64,000 nucleotides of DNA from Elsinoe ampelina (Eukaryota). Below the pieces are notes generated by a model. That model searched no databases. It saw only the letters and a program-made list of their open reading frames with translations, and was not told the origin of the DNA. Made by a program: the position numbers and the translations under genes. The stretch spans positions 1,231,234 through 1,295,233 of the forward strand of contig ML992503.1 of assembly GCA_010093995.1 (NCBI GenBank). Reading direction: 5' to 3'. This document shows, piece by piece, positions 22,469 to 35,839 of this stretch; the first letter of the stretch is position 1; the number at the start of each line of letters is the position of its first letter.

Positions 22469-22963
22469 GGGATAGCAAGAGCGGTGAGGAGAAGGGATGG
22501 GAATGAGCAGCGGAAGGGACGTGGAGGAGAGTGGAGGGGGATATGAGGGACAGGGATGACGGGATACGGACATGAGACCAAGATTGCGTGCCGGATTTGA
22601 GAGAGGTGGTGGATTGCTGCTATTTCGAGCGCTGTACATATTCGCTCCCGGTGGTGGGAGACGATATACCCCTGGTAGTTAGATAATGATTTGAGATCTT
22701 TTTTGGTATCGCAGACCTTCATCTGTCCTCCTGCAAACGTGCCATATCCGTCACGCAAACATGCAACCAAGCTCTTCGCTTCAGCCAACGCCTCACTCCC
22801 TCTACCTCCGCGGCGCGTATATCCCCACCATGGCCGTCGCCTCTTGCGCTATACCCATCCCTGCCGATCAAGCCAACCATGCGACCCACTCGCCCTGTCC
22901 AATATGAATCGAGCTCTGTTGTTCTCATTTCTTCACGTCTGCATCATGCCTTGACCCCCTCAA

Positions 22964-23608
22964 CTACTGCCCCCTCCCCTTCCCTCCCTCCTCCTTCCCC
23001 TCTTTCTTGTCTCCCCAATTCCAAACCTCCCAAACCTGCTCCCAAATAACATCCCCAATCCCCTTGCCCTCCTCGAACTTCTCCCTGATCTCGCGATCCC
23101 TCTTCTCCGCCCACCCCTCCTTACTCTCTTCTCCATACCACACCTTCTCCCCCAGCGTCCTCTCCTTGGCTAGCTTCTCTTCTCGCTCTGCCCTCGTCAA
23201 CGACTCGTGTTGCGCTGCTCTCGCGGCGGAGAATTGCGCTTGAAGATCTCGTGCTCGGGCGGTGGGGAGCGCGTCCCGGCTTGAACCCTGTGCCTGCGCG
23301 GGGAGGGGGGGTATGGACGACAGCGAAGACGGGGACGAAGGATCAGTCTGCGCCGGAAACGCCTGTGGGTTCCGGTGTCGGTACGAGGGTACCACCCGCC
23401 CTAGCACGCCGTAGCCGTAGCGTTCCGAGTGCAGGTGGTTGAGGGAGACGCAGGTTGTGCCGCCTAGGATGGCGGTCATGAGGTCGAGGCGGCGGGGGGG
23501 GAGGGCGATGATGGCTGGGCAGATGAGGGTGAGGGAGAGGGCGAGGGTGTGGATTGCGGTTTGGTAGGAGACGTCGGGGGAGGGAGGGGTGGTGGTGGGG
23601 TGGGACAT
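22964..23608 (-). CDS. Conserved fungal hypothetical protein
   Basis: 214-aa ORF with an N-terminal hydrophobic segment, ALPPRRLD, KVWYGEE..GW..KR and GKGIGDVIWEQVWEVWNW. Confidence 0.7.
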   Translation of the reverse strand: MSHPTTTPPSPDVSYQTAIHTLALSLTLICPAIIALPPRRLDLMTAILGGTTCVSLNHLHSERYGYGVLGRVVPSYRHRNPQAFPAQTDPSSPSSLSSIPPLPAQAQGSSRDALPTARARDLQAQFSAARAAQHESLTRAEREEKLAKERTLGEKVWYGEESKEGWAEKRDREIREKFEEGKGIGDVIWEQVWEVWNWGDKKEGKEEGGKGRGQ

Positions 23609-24177
23609 GATTGGTGGTGGTCGTTGGTGGTAGCCGGAGAGTGATAGGGAGAAAGGAGCGGGGCGAGTGGTTTTGTGTTGTGGTTGTGGTCGCGGTCTCG
23701 ACGAAGATGAAGGTCGGGGACTTTTTTTTTGATCGTGACGTCAAATCGCATGCAGGGTTGGCGATGCAGATGCAGATGCAGGAGGTGTAGCTTGAGCTCG
23801 GACAGGGCACTGGGGTACAATATTTACTCTTGAAAATGGATTGGATTCTCTCTTTTGGACACACAACATAGATCATTCATACGTCAAAACGAGCGGGTCT
23901 AAGCCGCGTGGTATCTTTCCCATCCGAGAGCGCCCCTTGCCCACCCCTTCTATCCCACCCAGCCTATCCGCCTCGTCGTTGAATCATAGTCTTCTGCACC
24001 TTTGTGCTGTGGTCCTCGGGGTCGACTTCTTCTTGGAGCGTAGCCTGGATGCTCGCGAAGCGATGATCTTGCAGAGTAGGCGCTGACAATGCAGAAGGTT
24101 GAATTCCGCCTTGTCCGGCACTGTGAGGGCAACGAAGACCTCAAAAATGATATTTCCCATAACTCGATCCCTTCTTT

Positions 24178-25608
24178 TCATATCGGCGACCTACTTCTCT
24201 GGAAGTACAAGTCGTCCCGTAGCGGCGTGTCGTCCTTTTCCCGCACAGTCGGCCTGTAGGTTTCTCGTCTCGTATGTTCCTGCAGCTCGTACACTTCTGC
24301 TGTCGGACTCTTTGCTGCTGCAGTCCAGATATCTGGGGTTGCGACCCTCGCGATCTCATGGCTTTCATACGTAGGGCTCTTGGTCAGGGTGCTGGCTCCA
24401 TCTCCTGGCTCACCGCGCAACGGATCCCAATCTCTGGTCCGAACTCCTAATACTGGTCGAGGCATACTGATTCTCTTCCCTCTGCCCCAGCATCGTCCTT
24501 TGCCGAAAATCGTCGCGATCTTTGCGCGCGCTTGACTGGTTGTGCCGAACAGCAAGAATGCCAGTAAAGATGCAGTGACGGGCGGGATGTAGTTCAACAC
24601 GTCTACGATCGCCCTCTTGGATGAGAAGTCGGGTGAGGCGTCGCTGCCGTCTCGCAGGATCTTCTTGTAACGCGTGATGCCGTAGAGCACAAGAAAGATG
24701 TTGAAGCCCGACAGGATCACAAAAGCGATGGTGAAGCGGAGGACGAGCCACGGGTCAACGCGAACCTTGACGCGCGAGTGTCCTCCACGCGAGACTGCGC
24801 GTGAATTGTTCGTTGAGGGGATCTCGCCGATCTCAACGGATCCCGAGGCGTACGAGGAGAAGCCCAGTCGCGTCCGGACGTATTTCACCAAGATCAGGGT
24901 AACCGCTACGGCGCCGAAAGTGAAGGAGAGGAGCACTAGACCGGTCAGTATCCGGCGGGAAGACACAGGTACTTCGAGTAGACTTACGCAGACAGCTGGT
25001 GAGGAAGAAGCCGGGCCCGAACTGGATGGAGATCTTTGTCGAAGCGCGCAAGCTAGCGACGAGGGCAGGAAGGACGAAAGCGGCGACTTTGCTGACGAGT
25101 CCTATCTTGTGATGATGGTTGTAGAGACCTTTGATCCGCCAATCCCAGACGCTGATGGTGAGAGCGACAGCCCAGAACAGCATGAGAAGTGCATCGACGT
25201 TGAAGAAGAATACTTGGATCCAGTACGTCACAGAACTGAAGCCCTTCGAGAGAGGACCTAATGCGAGCGCCGGGTTTTTGGCGGCGGCGATGGATGCTTC
25301 AAATGCTTCCTGTCGCGATCGTGCCCACTCGGCGATGTAGAAGATCTGCTGTGTAATCGAGACAGTTGAACTACATGTTGTGGAGATGGAGAACAGTAGG
25401 ACATCTGTGTCTGGTCAGTAGGGTTCTGGCAGCTGTCGAGGGCGTCCGCACAGGACCATCGTTCCTTGTTGAGGAACAGAGTTGTGATCAGAAGGACACC
25501 ACAAGTCCAGCAGATGAGTGAATATATCAAAACACATATTGCAGCTGGTATGGCACCAGATGGCATACCGCCGCCAACCGGCATCGCAGTTGGCGAAGGT
25601 GTATTCAT
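24178..25608 (-). CDS. Orphan multi-pass (about 7 TM) membrane protein, GPCR-like topology, 3 exons
   Basis: Introns 25405-25451 and 24936-24987 join three ORFs into one protein with about 7 hydrophobic segments, DPWLVLRFTIAF, FLLFGTT and a polar C-tail. Confidence 0.7.
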
Positions 25609-27455
25609 GGTCGCGGCCTAGCTATACCGTGCACATGGATCGGGCTCGGCTGATCTGCATGGTTGGTAGATCAAATGAGGACTCGAGCTTGTAGGGCGGG
25701 AACCAGGATCGTAAAGTAGGACAATCAAAACGACGAGGAGAGGTGGTAAGACTGGCTTTGAGAGCGAGAATAGTATCGAGTCAAGTGTAGTTCAATAGAG
25801 AGTCAGAGGATACCAGGAACAGGAAGAGATCAATGTCGACACGGCTTGTGGAGAGTTTAGAAGGATTCGGGGATAATAATGATTGAAACCTGGTGGTTCA
25901 ACTTACCCTGGCTTTGGCACCATTCTCAATGCCAATGCTTGACCTGCAACCGAGGCGCAAATGTGTTCATGGAGAGTCAGTGAACGGCATCCAGATCAAG
26001 GTTCCATGGTTTGCGAAAGCGCCTGCCATGGGAGGGGAGGATCGTCGCTGAGCATCTTATTCGCCGTTGCCCAGGTCATGCGTTGAAACAACCACGAAGA
26101 ACACGTTCGTCGGCAAGACATAGGCAACGTTCTGCAACAGGACCTGCTATGTGAGCCCAGCATGCAAGCCGAAGCGTGGGCGTGAAGCCAAATGCCACAG
26201 ATCACAGGGTGGATGAGGAAGTATCCCGAGGCCATCCCACCCAAAGAATCTCGTCTTAAAGTGAGAAAGGTGCCGGGCCAGCCTCTCAAATCGTCGGTAC
26301 ACGACCCGCTCCCAAACAGACCTTGTCGCATCCACGTGGATCCAGGGTGGGCAAGATTTGAGAGGGACTCCCTCAAATGCGCCATAAGCGAAGGCCAGAG
26401 ATGATGGACCAAGAAGGAATGGCGCACGCCGTGGCGGACTCTAGTTTGGGTCTAATGCGGACTGACGAGCCCGCGCACACTGAAACCAGAGCTCAACGTC
26501 TGTCAGCACGGTTAGGGAAGGCAGTGTTGAAGACGGCAGGCGTCTTGAAGAGTCCTTGCTGATCGGGAGAACATGACAATGAATTGTTGTCGAAGACACA
26601 GCAGAGGTCGTTGAATGCGTTTCCGATCACATCCTGTACAGTGGACAGTGCTCCGCCACATGGCCGCACACAGGGCAAAGTGTTTCAGCAACGTGCTTTG
26701 CTGCATGCCCCTCGCAGTAGTGCAGTACAAGCATATTGGCTTTCCATATCTGCAGATAGGTCTCTTGACCTTCTCGCATGGTCGGGGATTAAAATGATCT
26801 ACTTGTACCGGCGAATGACGGCCAGTTTCTCGGGCAAATAACGACTCACTTCATTTCGATCAGACCCTCGCGACGTGATTCAGATGCTTGATCATGATGC
26901 TTAAAACCTCGCTTTGAAGCGATCGCACCAGGTGACAGGTTCTGCATCTCCCCAATCGGCAGTGTCGCTGATAGCTCAGATGCGGCATCCGCCGGCAGCG
27001 GTGTGTTTGTCGGCCAAATACCATGGTCGAGGATATTTGAACATCCATCATTGAGGCAATGATAGCAGAGGGAGTGCACACAAGTTAGAAGCGATACCTA
27101 TCAAAAACCCTGATTATAGCAGATGTATCATATTTCAGAAAGTGGTGTGGAAGCGATATATCTCGCCGTGTAGTCGAGACGCTGGAAGTGTCAAAAGACC
27201 GAATCCATTACATCCCATCAGATCTCCAGCGGAAGTTGTACTCGTGCCCATGCAGCGATACGATATTTAATCAGTAGACATGGCTTTGATAGTCGAGGTG
27301 GAATTCTGAAAGGATGGTTCGGTGGCAACCCGGCCATGGTGAAGCCATGACCAAAGTCTTGGCAACAAGGTCTAGATTTTCCAGCCCATTTTCATGGCAC
27401 CAATTTTTACAAACCATACACAATTCTTGCTTAAGATCTCTACAATGCTTAGGAT

Positions 27456-29938
27456 ATGATCAAATTAGAGCAGAGGTTCATCTCTGCTGGAGGTAATCGA
27501 CACCCAAATGCGGCGGACTGGAAGGAGGATGTTCTTGCATTTGGGAGCGGTCATAATGTTGCCATCTGGAACGCTTCTCAGACCAATAGTGGTGGTATAG
27601 AGAGCCTACTGCGCGGACATACTGACGAGGTGAATGCTGTGCGGCTCTCGAGGCAGTCGCCTGGATCTAGGCCCACGATCGTGAGTGGGTCCTCAGACAA
27701 GAGTGTTCGACTCTGGATTTGGCACGGTGGAAGATATCAGCAGCATGGATTTGGCTCTCATGGAGGCTCTGTAAACACCATTTCTATATTGTCCGACTCA
27801 GACATATTCGTCGCTGGCTCTGCAGACGGTATTGTCCGCGTTTGGTCTATTGGAGAAGCAGCAACGACGGCTGACAACGCTGGAGCGGGCTCGGAGACCC
27901 CCACCGGACAAGTATGATATCCCAGATATGGTCAGCAGTGGAGGCTGACTCATGGGAACAGGTAGGCAATAAGCTCCATTCGCTTCAAAGTATCACACTC
28001 AAGCCTCGCTTCCTTCCACTTGCCACTGCATTAACCAAGCTCGACGATGGTACAATTCTACTAGCCGTGGCGGGAACAACAAAGATCATCCAGCTCTACG
28101 TGCAGCAAGGTGGCGAATTTAGCCTGGCAGCATCTCTAGGTGGCCACGAAGGATGGATCAGGTCATTGGATTTCACCAGAGAAACTACCAACAGTGGAAG
28201 TGACATTCTGCTTGCTTCTGCCAGTCAGGACAAATACATCAGGCTATGGCGGATCCACAAAGGCACAGACTTACCCAACACGAGCACTGCTTCACAAGAT
28301 CCATCGCTGGGAATTCTTAGCAGGTCGCTCTCAAACAAGCCTTACTTCATTGGCAAGGGCGAATCACTGCATTCCGTCACTTTTGAGGCCTTGTTGATCG
28401 GCTCGGAAGACTGGATCTTCACGGCCCAGTGGAAGCTGCTGGAGGACGGTCCGGAATTGCTTACTACGTTGGCGGACAACACTGTCTCGATCTGGAAGAG
28501 ACAAGCTGACTCTGGGTATTGGATATGTGAGACTCGCCTGGGAGAGATAAGCTCACAGAAAGGCTCCACCACTGCGACGGGCAGCGCGGGAGGATTTTGG
28601 ATCGGTCTTCGATCACCAGACGGGACACAGATTGCTAGTCTGGGACGAACGGGAAGCTGGAGGCTGTGGGCATGGGAAGGCGCGGATGGGTCATGGAAGC
28701 CGCGGTATGGTATCACGGGGCATGTCCGGGAAGTCAAAGGCGTCGCATGGGCTGGGGATGGATCGTACCTACTGTCTACTGGATCAGATCAGACTACGAG
28801 ACTGTTCAGCGCCTGGGAGCGCGAAGGGCAGACATCATGGCATGAATTGGCACGACCGCAAATTCATGGATATGACTTGAATTGCGTGGCTACTTTGGGT
28901 CAGAGCCGCTTCATCTCCGGTGCAGATGAGAAGCTGCTTCGTGTCTTCGACATGCCAAAAGCTAGCGCGGAGCTTCTCCTTGGTCTGACAAAGGATGTAG
29001 AGGTCGCGATCGACCAGCTCCCGGAAGCAGCCAACATTCCTGTGCTGGGCCTGTCGAACAAGGCAATCACAAACGGATCCTCGGAGGAGGATGAGGAGGG
29101 CAAGGGAGATGAGAATGAGCAAAATGATGGGCAGGCCGACCTTCCACGCAGCCGCCCACCGCTTGAGGATGTCCTCGCCAGGCACACGCTCTGGCCCGAG
29201 TATGAAAAGCTGTATGGTCACGGGTACGAGATCTCCACTGTCGCAGCGTCCCACGACCACAACCTTGTGGCAACAGCATGCCGTGCGAGCTCTATCGACC
29301 ATGCAGTAATACGCCTCTACGAGACGACAGACTGGAGGGAGATCAAGCCACCTCTATCTGGGCACACTCTGACTGTGACGGGTCTGGCATTCTCACCGGA
29401 CGATACCAAGTTGCTGTCTGTCGGCAGAGATCGGTCATGGATGATCTTCGAAAGAGATTCCACGACTTCCATGGAGTTCGGCCTACGAGCATCCAATCCT
29501 AAAGGTCATAGCCGCATGATCTTAGATTGTACTTGGGCACCTACGTCGTTTGGCGATGTGTTTGCGACGGCCGGAAGAGACAAGAGTGTCAAGATTTGGC
29601 AGAGCAGCACAGGAGACCGGGACTACACTTGCAAGCTCACCATTGCGGCGGCATTGCCGGTGACAGCGGTCTCTTTCAGTAGCAAAGTCGGAAAGAGCGG
29701 GCACGGCACCCTCGCTTTCGGCACAGAAGGCGGCGAAGTCGTTGTCGTTCAAGTAGATGCATCCTCTTGGAGTGTTGTTGGCCAAGTTGCCCTTGAGGAG
29801 GCTCTGCGGCCTGCAGGAGCGATCAGTGGGGTGCAATGGCGACCAGGCAAGAAGCACGGTGCTGTCGAGATGCTGGCGGCTGCGAGTGAGGACCACTCGA
29901 TACGATTGTACGATGTTAAAGTAGACGACCACGAATAA
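27456..29938 (+). CDS. ELP2: Elongator complex subunit 2 (WD40)
   Basis: Intron 27912-27961. Motifs FISAGGNRHP, GHEGWIRSLDF, LASASQDKYIRLWRI, WHELARPQIHGYDLNC, SGADEKLLRVF and LWPEYEKLYGHGYEI. Confidence 0.95.
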
Positions 29939-30518
29939 GACCAGACCGCCGAATTGGTTCTCAAGTCTGGACCGGCGCGGCATAATGACTTGCTTGTTTG
30001 GATTGTTGACACGTGATGTTATCTCACCGCCGCGGGGTGTGGGGCAGGGATGTGGTCAGGGTGTGAATATGAGCCATTCCTGCGTTGTCTACGAGCGAGA
30101 CTCTGCCACAAGCACTACCAGGTTCAGAGTGGCTCATAACATCCTTGGACCCTTATCAGTCTCGTGCACATCTCCGGCCAACGGCAGCCCACCCGCACAC
30201 CGAACCATACCTCATGACAGGATGTTATCACTGTATTTGGCAACATGTTGCCAGTCTGGGAGCCGCTACTGGCCGCCGCGACTTCGGCGAATGCCTCCCC
30301 ACGCGACGTCAACGATCTGTAGGTGGTTGATCTGGTGCTGCTCATGTGCTCACCCAACACGCGACTTGAGCCTGGCACTGCCTGCGGACATCTGACTCCC
30401 TCTGACGCTAGTTTCAATGTCATCCACAAGTTCGCACTGAACCGTTCTCTTACCTCGAGTGTAGACTCTTCTTTCTGCTTCTCACAATAGTGCTTGACGA
30501 GTATACATCCCAAGGACC

Positions 30519-31871
30519 ATGTCATGGCATCTCTCTAGCCTGACTCAACCTCAACTACCACCCCACTGTCACCCCACCTCCGACTTCCTCCAGCGCTGGT
30601 CGGCCACCTTCCACGTCTGCGTACCAACACCCCTCGCCTTCATCTCCTCCGTCCTCGGGACTCTCTCAATAGTCTCATGGCTCTTCGCCCAGCTCCCTCA
30701 GATCTACAAGAACTACACCCTCGCCAGCACCACCGGTCTCTCCATCTTCTTCCTCGTAGAATGGTGTCTCGGTGATCTTACCAACCTCCTCGGAGCAATC
30801 TTCACCAACCAAGCATCATGGCAGATCATCGTAGCCGGCTACTACTGCTTCGTCGACCTCGTCCTCGTCTTCCAGTGGATCTGGTACGAGCACCTCCGCC
30901 ACGGATGGACCATCCGCAGCATCTGGGTCAAGAGCGAGGATGACAACAACACGGGCCCACCAAGCTACATCGAACGCATCGCCTCCTCCGGCCTCAGCGT
31001 CTCCGACACCTCCTCCATCCGGTCCTCCACCCTCTCCACCACAAAGTCCCGCCCGCAAGACATCCTCTCCACCAGCCCCCTCAACGGACCAGGCTGGCGC
31101 ACCCCGCGCTTCACCCCCGACGAAAAAGCCCTCTCAACATCCACCGCCTCCCCTAACCGGCCCCTCGTCTCCACCTCCATCCAACCATCCTCCTCCTTCT
31201 CCCCCTCCCCGCGCACAATTCTCTTCCTCGCCTGCCTCACCACCCTCGCCCGCGCCTCGCCTCTCCCCTCCCACGCCCCAGTCCACCTCACCACCACCAC
31301 CCCGTCCTCCACCCCTCTCCTCTCAGCAGGCACAATCCTCTCCTGGACCTCGACAGCCCTCTACCTCCTCTCCCGCCTCCCCCAGCTCTACAAGAACTAC
31401 ACCCGCCGCTCCACCTCGGGCCTATCCCCTTCTCTCTTCCTCGCCGCCTTCTTCGGCAACCTCTTCTACTCCTCCTCCATCCTCACCAACCCGCTCGCGT
31501 GGGGGACCTGGCCCCCTTACGGCGCCGGGGGCTGGGCAGGTCCGCGAGGCAGTGAGAGGCGGACGTGGGTCCTCGCGGCGCTCCCGTTTTGGCTTGGCGC
31601 GGCGGGCGTGTTGACGTTGGACGCGGCCATGGGGTGTCAGTTTTTGATGTATGGGGAGGTCAAGACGGTGGTGTTGGCTGAGGAGGTGGATACGGGGAGG
31701 AAGAGGAGGAGGTGGATGAGGGTGAGTGGGTATATGAGGGGGTGGGTGCCGAGTTGGGGGAGGGGGGAGGTGAGGATCAGGGGCCGTGGACAGGGTGGGG
31801 AGAGGAGGGGGTTGATGGAGAGAGGAGAGAGGGAGAGGGGGAGGGCGTATGGTGGGACTAGTGGGTCGTGA
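30519..31871 (+). CDS. PQ-loop vacuolar amino-acid transporter (Ypq/RTC2 family)
   Basis: Two PQ loops: WLFAQLPQIYKNY...GLS and YLLSRLPQLYKNY..RSTSGLS, with flanking TM helices. Confidence 0.9.
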   Translation: MSWHLSSLTQPQLPPHCHPTSDFLQRWSATFHVCVPTPLAFISSVLGTLSIVSWLFAQLPQIYKNYTLASTTGLSIFFLVEWCLGDLTNLLGAIFTNQASWQIIVAGYYCFVDLVLVFQWIWYEHLRHGWTIRSIWVKSEDDNNTGPPSYIERIASSGLSVSDTSSIRSSTLSTTKSRPQDILSTSPLNGPGWRTPRFTPDEKALSTSTASPNRPLVSTSIQPSSSFSPSPRTILFLACLTTLARASPLPSHAPVHLTTTTPSSTPLLSAGTILSWTSTALYLLSRLPQLYKNYTRRSTSGLSPSLFLAAFFGNLFYSSSILTNPLAWGTWPPYGAGGWAGPRGSERRTWVLAALPFWLGAAGVLTLDAAMGCQFLMYGEVKTVVLAEEVDTGRKRRRWMRVSGYMRGWVPSWGRGEVRIRGRGQGGERRGLMERGERERGRAYGGTSGS

Positions 31872-32233
31872 TCTGGCGGGAAGGTTGGGGTTGGATTGGG
31901 AGGGAGTAGGATATGAAGGGAAATGATAATGATTGCATTTGCATTGGTGATGGGCATGGTTGCATGAGCCGGGGAAAGGAGACGGATCATGATAGTCGCA
32001 TTGCATGTGTTTGAGGATAGAGTGATGCATGATGACCAGATAAATGAGCTCTTAATCCACGATTGCTTGTCTGCATGCATTTACACCTGAACAATCGAAT
32101 GACCGGAGTGGCATGTGGCGAAGTTCATACACGGCTTGGGTTCAGAGTGAACAAAGATGCCGTACAACCAACACCTATGCAAATCCCACATAACCCATCA
32201 TAAACCTCGCTATACAAATATGCCACTCCCCTC

Positions 32234-34257
32234 TCAGACCCTCACGATATCCACCCTCGCCCGATTGAACAGCTCATGTCCAAGCACATCCCTTTCCATC
32301 TCATCCTCCTTCACCTCGCGCTTTTTGATCCTCAACTCAGCAAACGTCCCCGCTGCTTTCCGCTTACTGGCCACTCCTGGATTCACAGCAACCACGCTGT
32401 CAACGACCTTTGCAAACGGCGTCAACACGCTAGGTGTGATCAACAGGTCAGGTCGGACGTGCACCCACTCGCCTAATTTGAGGTAGCTAGTGTCCAGACA
32501 AGCCCCAATGGCTGTGCGCTGCTCTGCTTCTCCGTTCAAGCCATCGACTTCGACTTTGTAGGCTGATGGCTTGGGCAATCTGGCCGGATCAAGAGGAGGG
32601 AAGACAGGAAAGAAGTGTCGTTGTTGAATGAGCGAGGAGGTAAGTCGGGCCAGGAGGTCATCTGCCACGCCCTTGCTGCCTTGTGAGACAAGCTGCCGCT
32701 GCATCTCGTAGAGAACGTCTTGTGAAGAAATGCCAACGACCAGCTCGTTGATGGAAAGCGTGATTGGATTCGTGACGCACGTGACGGCCTTGGGTAGACC
32801 CAGCTCGCGCTTTGGTAGTCGATCCTGCGGCCATGAGACATGCTTGAGCACTGCGTCACGAACGGATGGGACAAGAATGACCGTGGTGTTGGGAGACTGT
32901 TGAGTGAGTCGCGTCAGAGGCTGCGATATGAAAGCTTTGAAAGCATCCGTCAGGGTGACAAGATCTGGCACTGCTGGGTAGGAAGGTGGAAGAGTGATGT
33001 CTCCACTTGCGATCAAAGGGTGCTCCAGGTCTAGGAAAGGTCCGTTGAGTATCACAACATCTGTTCGAGAGGTAGCTGCCCGATCGAGCAGTGCATTGAG
33101 AGCGTCGTACGAGAGGTCGCTGTCTGTGGTGTATGGTCCTGCCGCAACGATCAAACTCAATGGTCGATCACTGGTCTCGCCAGACGATCCCGCTAGTCGA
33201 GCATTGTGAGTGTCCAATTCGGAAGGCTGAGACGCTGGTAGTGACAGGTGAGGTATCGAGATGATTTCTGAGACGTGAAAACTGTCCCCCGAAGCATTGA
33301 TCCCTCGTACAGCCACGATCTTTCCAGGGAAGAAGTCATATGGGAGATTGTCAATCTTGAGCGGCACTCGCAGACCGGCACCCATGCGTCTGCTGGTCTC
33401 AAGGACCAACGAAGCAGCATTGATGCTTCCCTCCGTGTCAGATGAGATTCTTCCCACTGCAATGATTTCCGCAGTGCTTCGAGCAGCAGGATTGCCAAAG
33501 GCGGACTCCGGAAAGCCATGTTTCTCTTGCACGAGTGCAGTGAACTCGTCTATCCGATCGTCCAGGATCTCCGACGCTTCTGACAACTTCATGGCCATTG
33601 CCTTGTAGTTGAACTTGGATATCTCGGTGTTGGCCTTTAGCTTGACTCTTGATTCTGCAGGGATAGTTTCATCTGTTTGGTCCGAGGTGATGTGACTGTT
33701 CAGAGACTCTATGACCTGGCCAGGATTGACTCGGTCAGCAAAGGAAGCTGCAATGCCATCCGGCGTGGCCGTAGGGCCATGAGGTGAACTCTTCGCTGCA
33801 GTCTTGGACACCTTCGCCGAAGGTGTATCGTACTCATTTCGCCGCTTGATCGCTGTTCGTGGTGCTGGTGTTCCGCTGACAAGGCCGTCTAGTCTACAAA
33901 GTGTCAGCGCTTTGTTTCGTCTTGTGGTCGTGTCTGGACTTACACGCCATACACGTCTCCGTTATTCGCTGGCCTCGGCGTGTTGTTGACCGTCTTCTTG
34001 CTCGAGTGCACCTGAGCCTTTCCACGCGACTCCCTCTCGAGGGCATCCTGCAAATCCTTCTTGAAATCCCTGACAGTCTTGTAATTGAGGTGCGTGTTCT
34101 CCGAACCCAATTTCAGCGAGTATGCCTCCCATTTGTAGAAAAGTTCCTGCTCCGATAACGACAGCAATCGCAGAATAGATTGCAATTCGGCATATACATC
34201 TTCGGGGAGCTCCTGGTTTGGTTGAGCGAATAGCCGACTGAGCTCTGTAATTGACAT
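32234..34257 (-). CDS. POL12: DNA polymerase alpha/primase subunit B
   Basis: ATG at 34257, intron 33894-33943. Motifs ELFYKWEAY, VGRISSD, FFPGKIVAVRGINASG, AAGPYT, GPFLD, VPSVRD and PDLLITPS. Confidence 0.93.
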
Positions 34258-34330
34258 GATGTCGCTTTCTGTTGAGATGTTGAATAGAGAGCAAAGTGGA
34301 CGACAGCACCGGAAGAGGATGAGTGGGGTG

Positions 34331-34357
34331 ACGCGAAGCACAACGCGTGCCACGCGA
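34331..34357. promoter_or_regulatory. Three MCB-type elements (ACGCGA/ACGCGT) upstream of POL12
   Basis: ACGCGA at 34331, ACGCGT at 34343 and ACGCGA at 34352, 75-100 nt upstream of the ATG of a DNA replication gene. MBF binding to MCB boxes is established in yeasts. Confidence 0.65.
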
Positions 34358-34586
34358 ACCAATCTGGAGGAGCACTAGGGTTAGGGTCAATCAAGCCAGT
34401 GGCGACATTTCCACCTCCGAACACTCCTCCATCATGAGAACATGGACGATGGAATCAATGATGTTTAGTCCCAATTGCTTAGCTAAGATATGTACATGAA
34501 GCTCAAGTCGCCGATCCACAACCTGGCCTTCCAACACTACCCGGATCACGAAAGGCCTGCCTGCGACCTGGGTGCGTTTGATCCCC

Positions 34587-35839
34587 TTATTTGAATTTGC
34601 CCGCGAAGCACTGCGTCATCAAGGGGACGTCCTGGTTGCCATTCGGGGTCAAGGTCAGCTCGTATGTGGAGGCAAATCCTCCAGCGGACCATCCGACCCA
34701 ACCAAGGAAGACATCCGAGTTCTTGTTCATGAAGTCGAGCTCCTCGCAGACATACTTCAGACAGGAGCTGTCGTTCGCTCCACCACCAGTCTCAGACAGA
34801 ATGGCTTGACGCTTGTTGGTTCGCAGGAAACTGACGAGGGAAGCCCAGTTGGCGTTGTTGTTCGTGACGCAGTTGGTGTGGGTGCCACTGTTGTCAGAGT
34901 CCAAGTACTGGTGGACATCGAATTGGAGCCCGGTCGTGCTTCCATCGGGGTTCTTCACGGACAGGAGTGCAGCACCGGAGCCGTTTTGGACGAACGCTGC
35001 GCCACTGGTGAATTGGTTCCCAGGCAAGAGGATGTTGTTGCTTGTTGCGCCGGCACCACGGATGGCAGTCACCGCAGCCTGAACAGTCTGCGCCCATGTG
35101 TTGATGTTGACATCGTGCGGCTCATTCATCAATCCGAACCAGACCTTCGAGTTACCGGCGTAGGCTTTGGCAATCTGGGCCCAGAGGGAGGTGAACTGGG
35201 CATTGGTGGGTCCACCTTGTCCGATGATTTGGCCATTCCATCTTGCGTAGTTGTGGACATCGATGATGCATGCTGCCGCGCCCGAGTTCAAGCAGCCGCT
35301 CACAAGCTTCTGGTAGGTTGCCCAGTTGTTGGCATTGAGAGAACCTCCGAGATTGTTGTTTACCAAGTACTGCCATGCGACAGGCAGACGGAAGACGTTC
35401 AAGCCATCGTCCCTGACGAAATGGTTCATCTGCGTGGTGCCAATACTGCTCACATCGTAGGTGGACTTGAGATCGCAGGTGCCTTTTCATGGGTCAGAGT
35501 GGGTGAAGAATGCCATATCGATCACTTACCATCTATGGTGCAGCCAAAATCGAATCCGGCGATGTTCACACCTGCGTATCGGACTTTGCCCGAGCTGGAC
35601 CCGCCAGTAGGGGTCGATCCTCCAGCAGCAGTTGTAGTTGTCTTGAGGGTCGTGCTAGCACCTCCACCACCAGCAGATCCCGGTACGCATTGAGAGTAGT
35701 ACTGTCCGTTGGCCTTGCAGACGTAGCCAGAGACGCAAGTGGTACCGCCGCTCCAGCCGATTCCGCCACACTGAGCGTAAGCTGGTTGCTGAGCGGCAAC
35801 AGCACCGGCAAGGGCGAGGGCGATGGCAGCGGTCTTCAT
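34587..35839 (-). CDS. Secreted endoglucanase: CBM1 + linker + GH5 (Cel5A/EGII-like)
   Basis: Signal peptide, CBM1 [29 protein letters not shown], intron 35483-35529, then [33 protein letters not shown], catalytic MNEPH and LSETGGG. Confidence 0.95.

Noticed and set aside
16044..34257. MIP1 and POL12 as a DNA-replication gene cluster
   Set aside because: About 13 kb apart with unrelated genes between; likely chance.
34375..34386. TAGGGTTAGGG as a telomere or telomerase-RNA template
   Set aside because: Under two repeats, in a ~330-bp intergenic gap; better read as a promoter motif.
34572..35693. 373-aa plus-strand ORF
   Set aside because: Antisense shadow of the strongly codon-biased GH5 gene; no motifs of its own.
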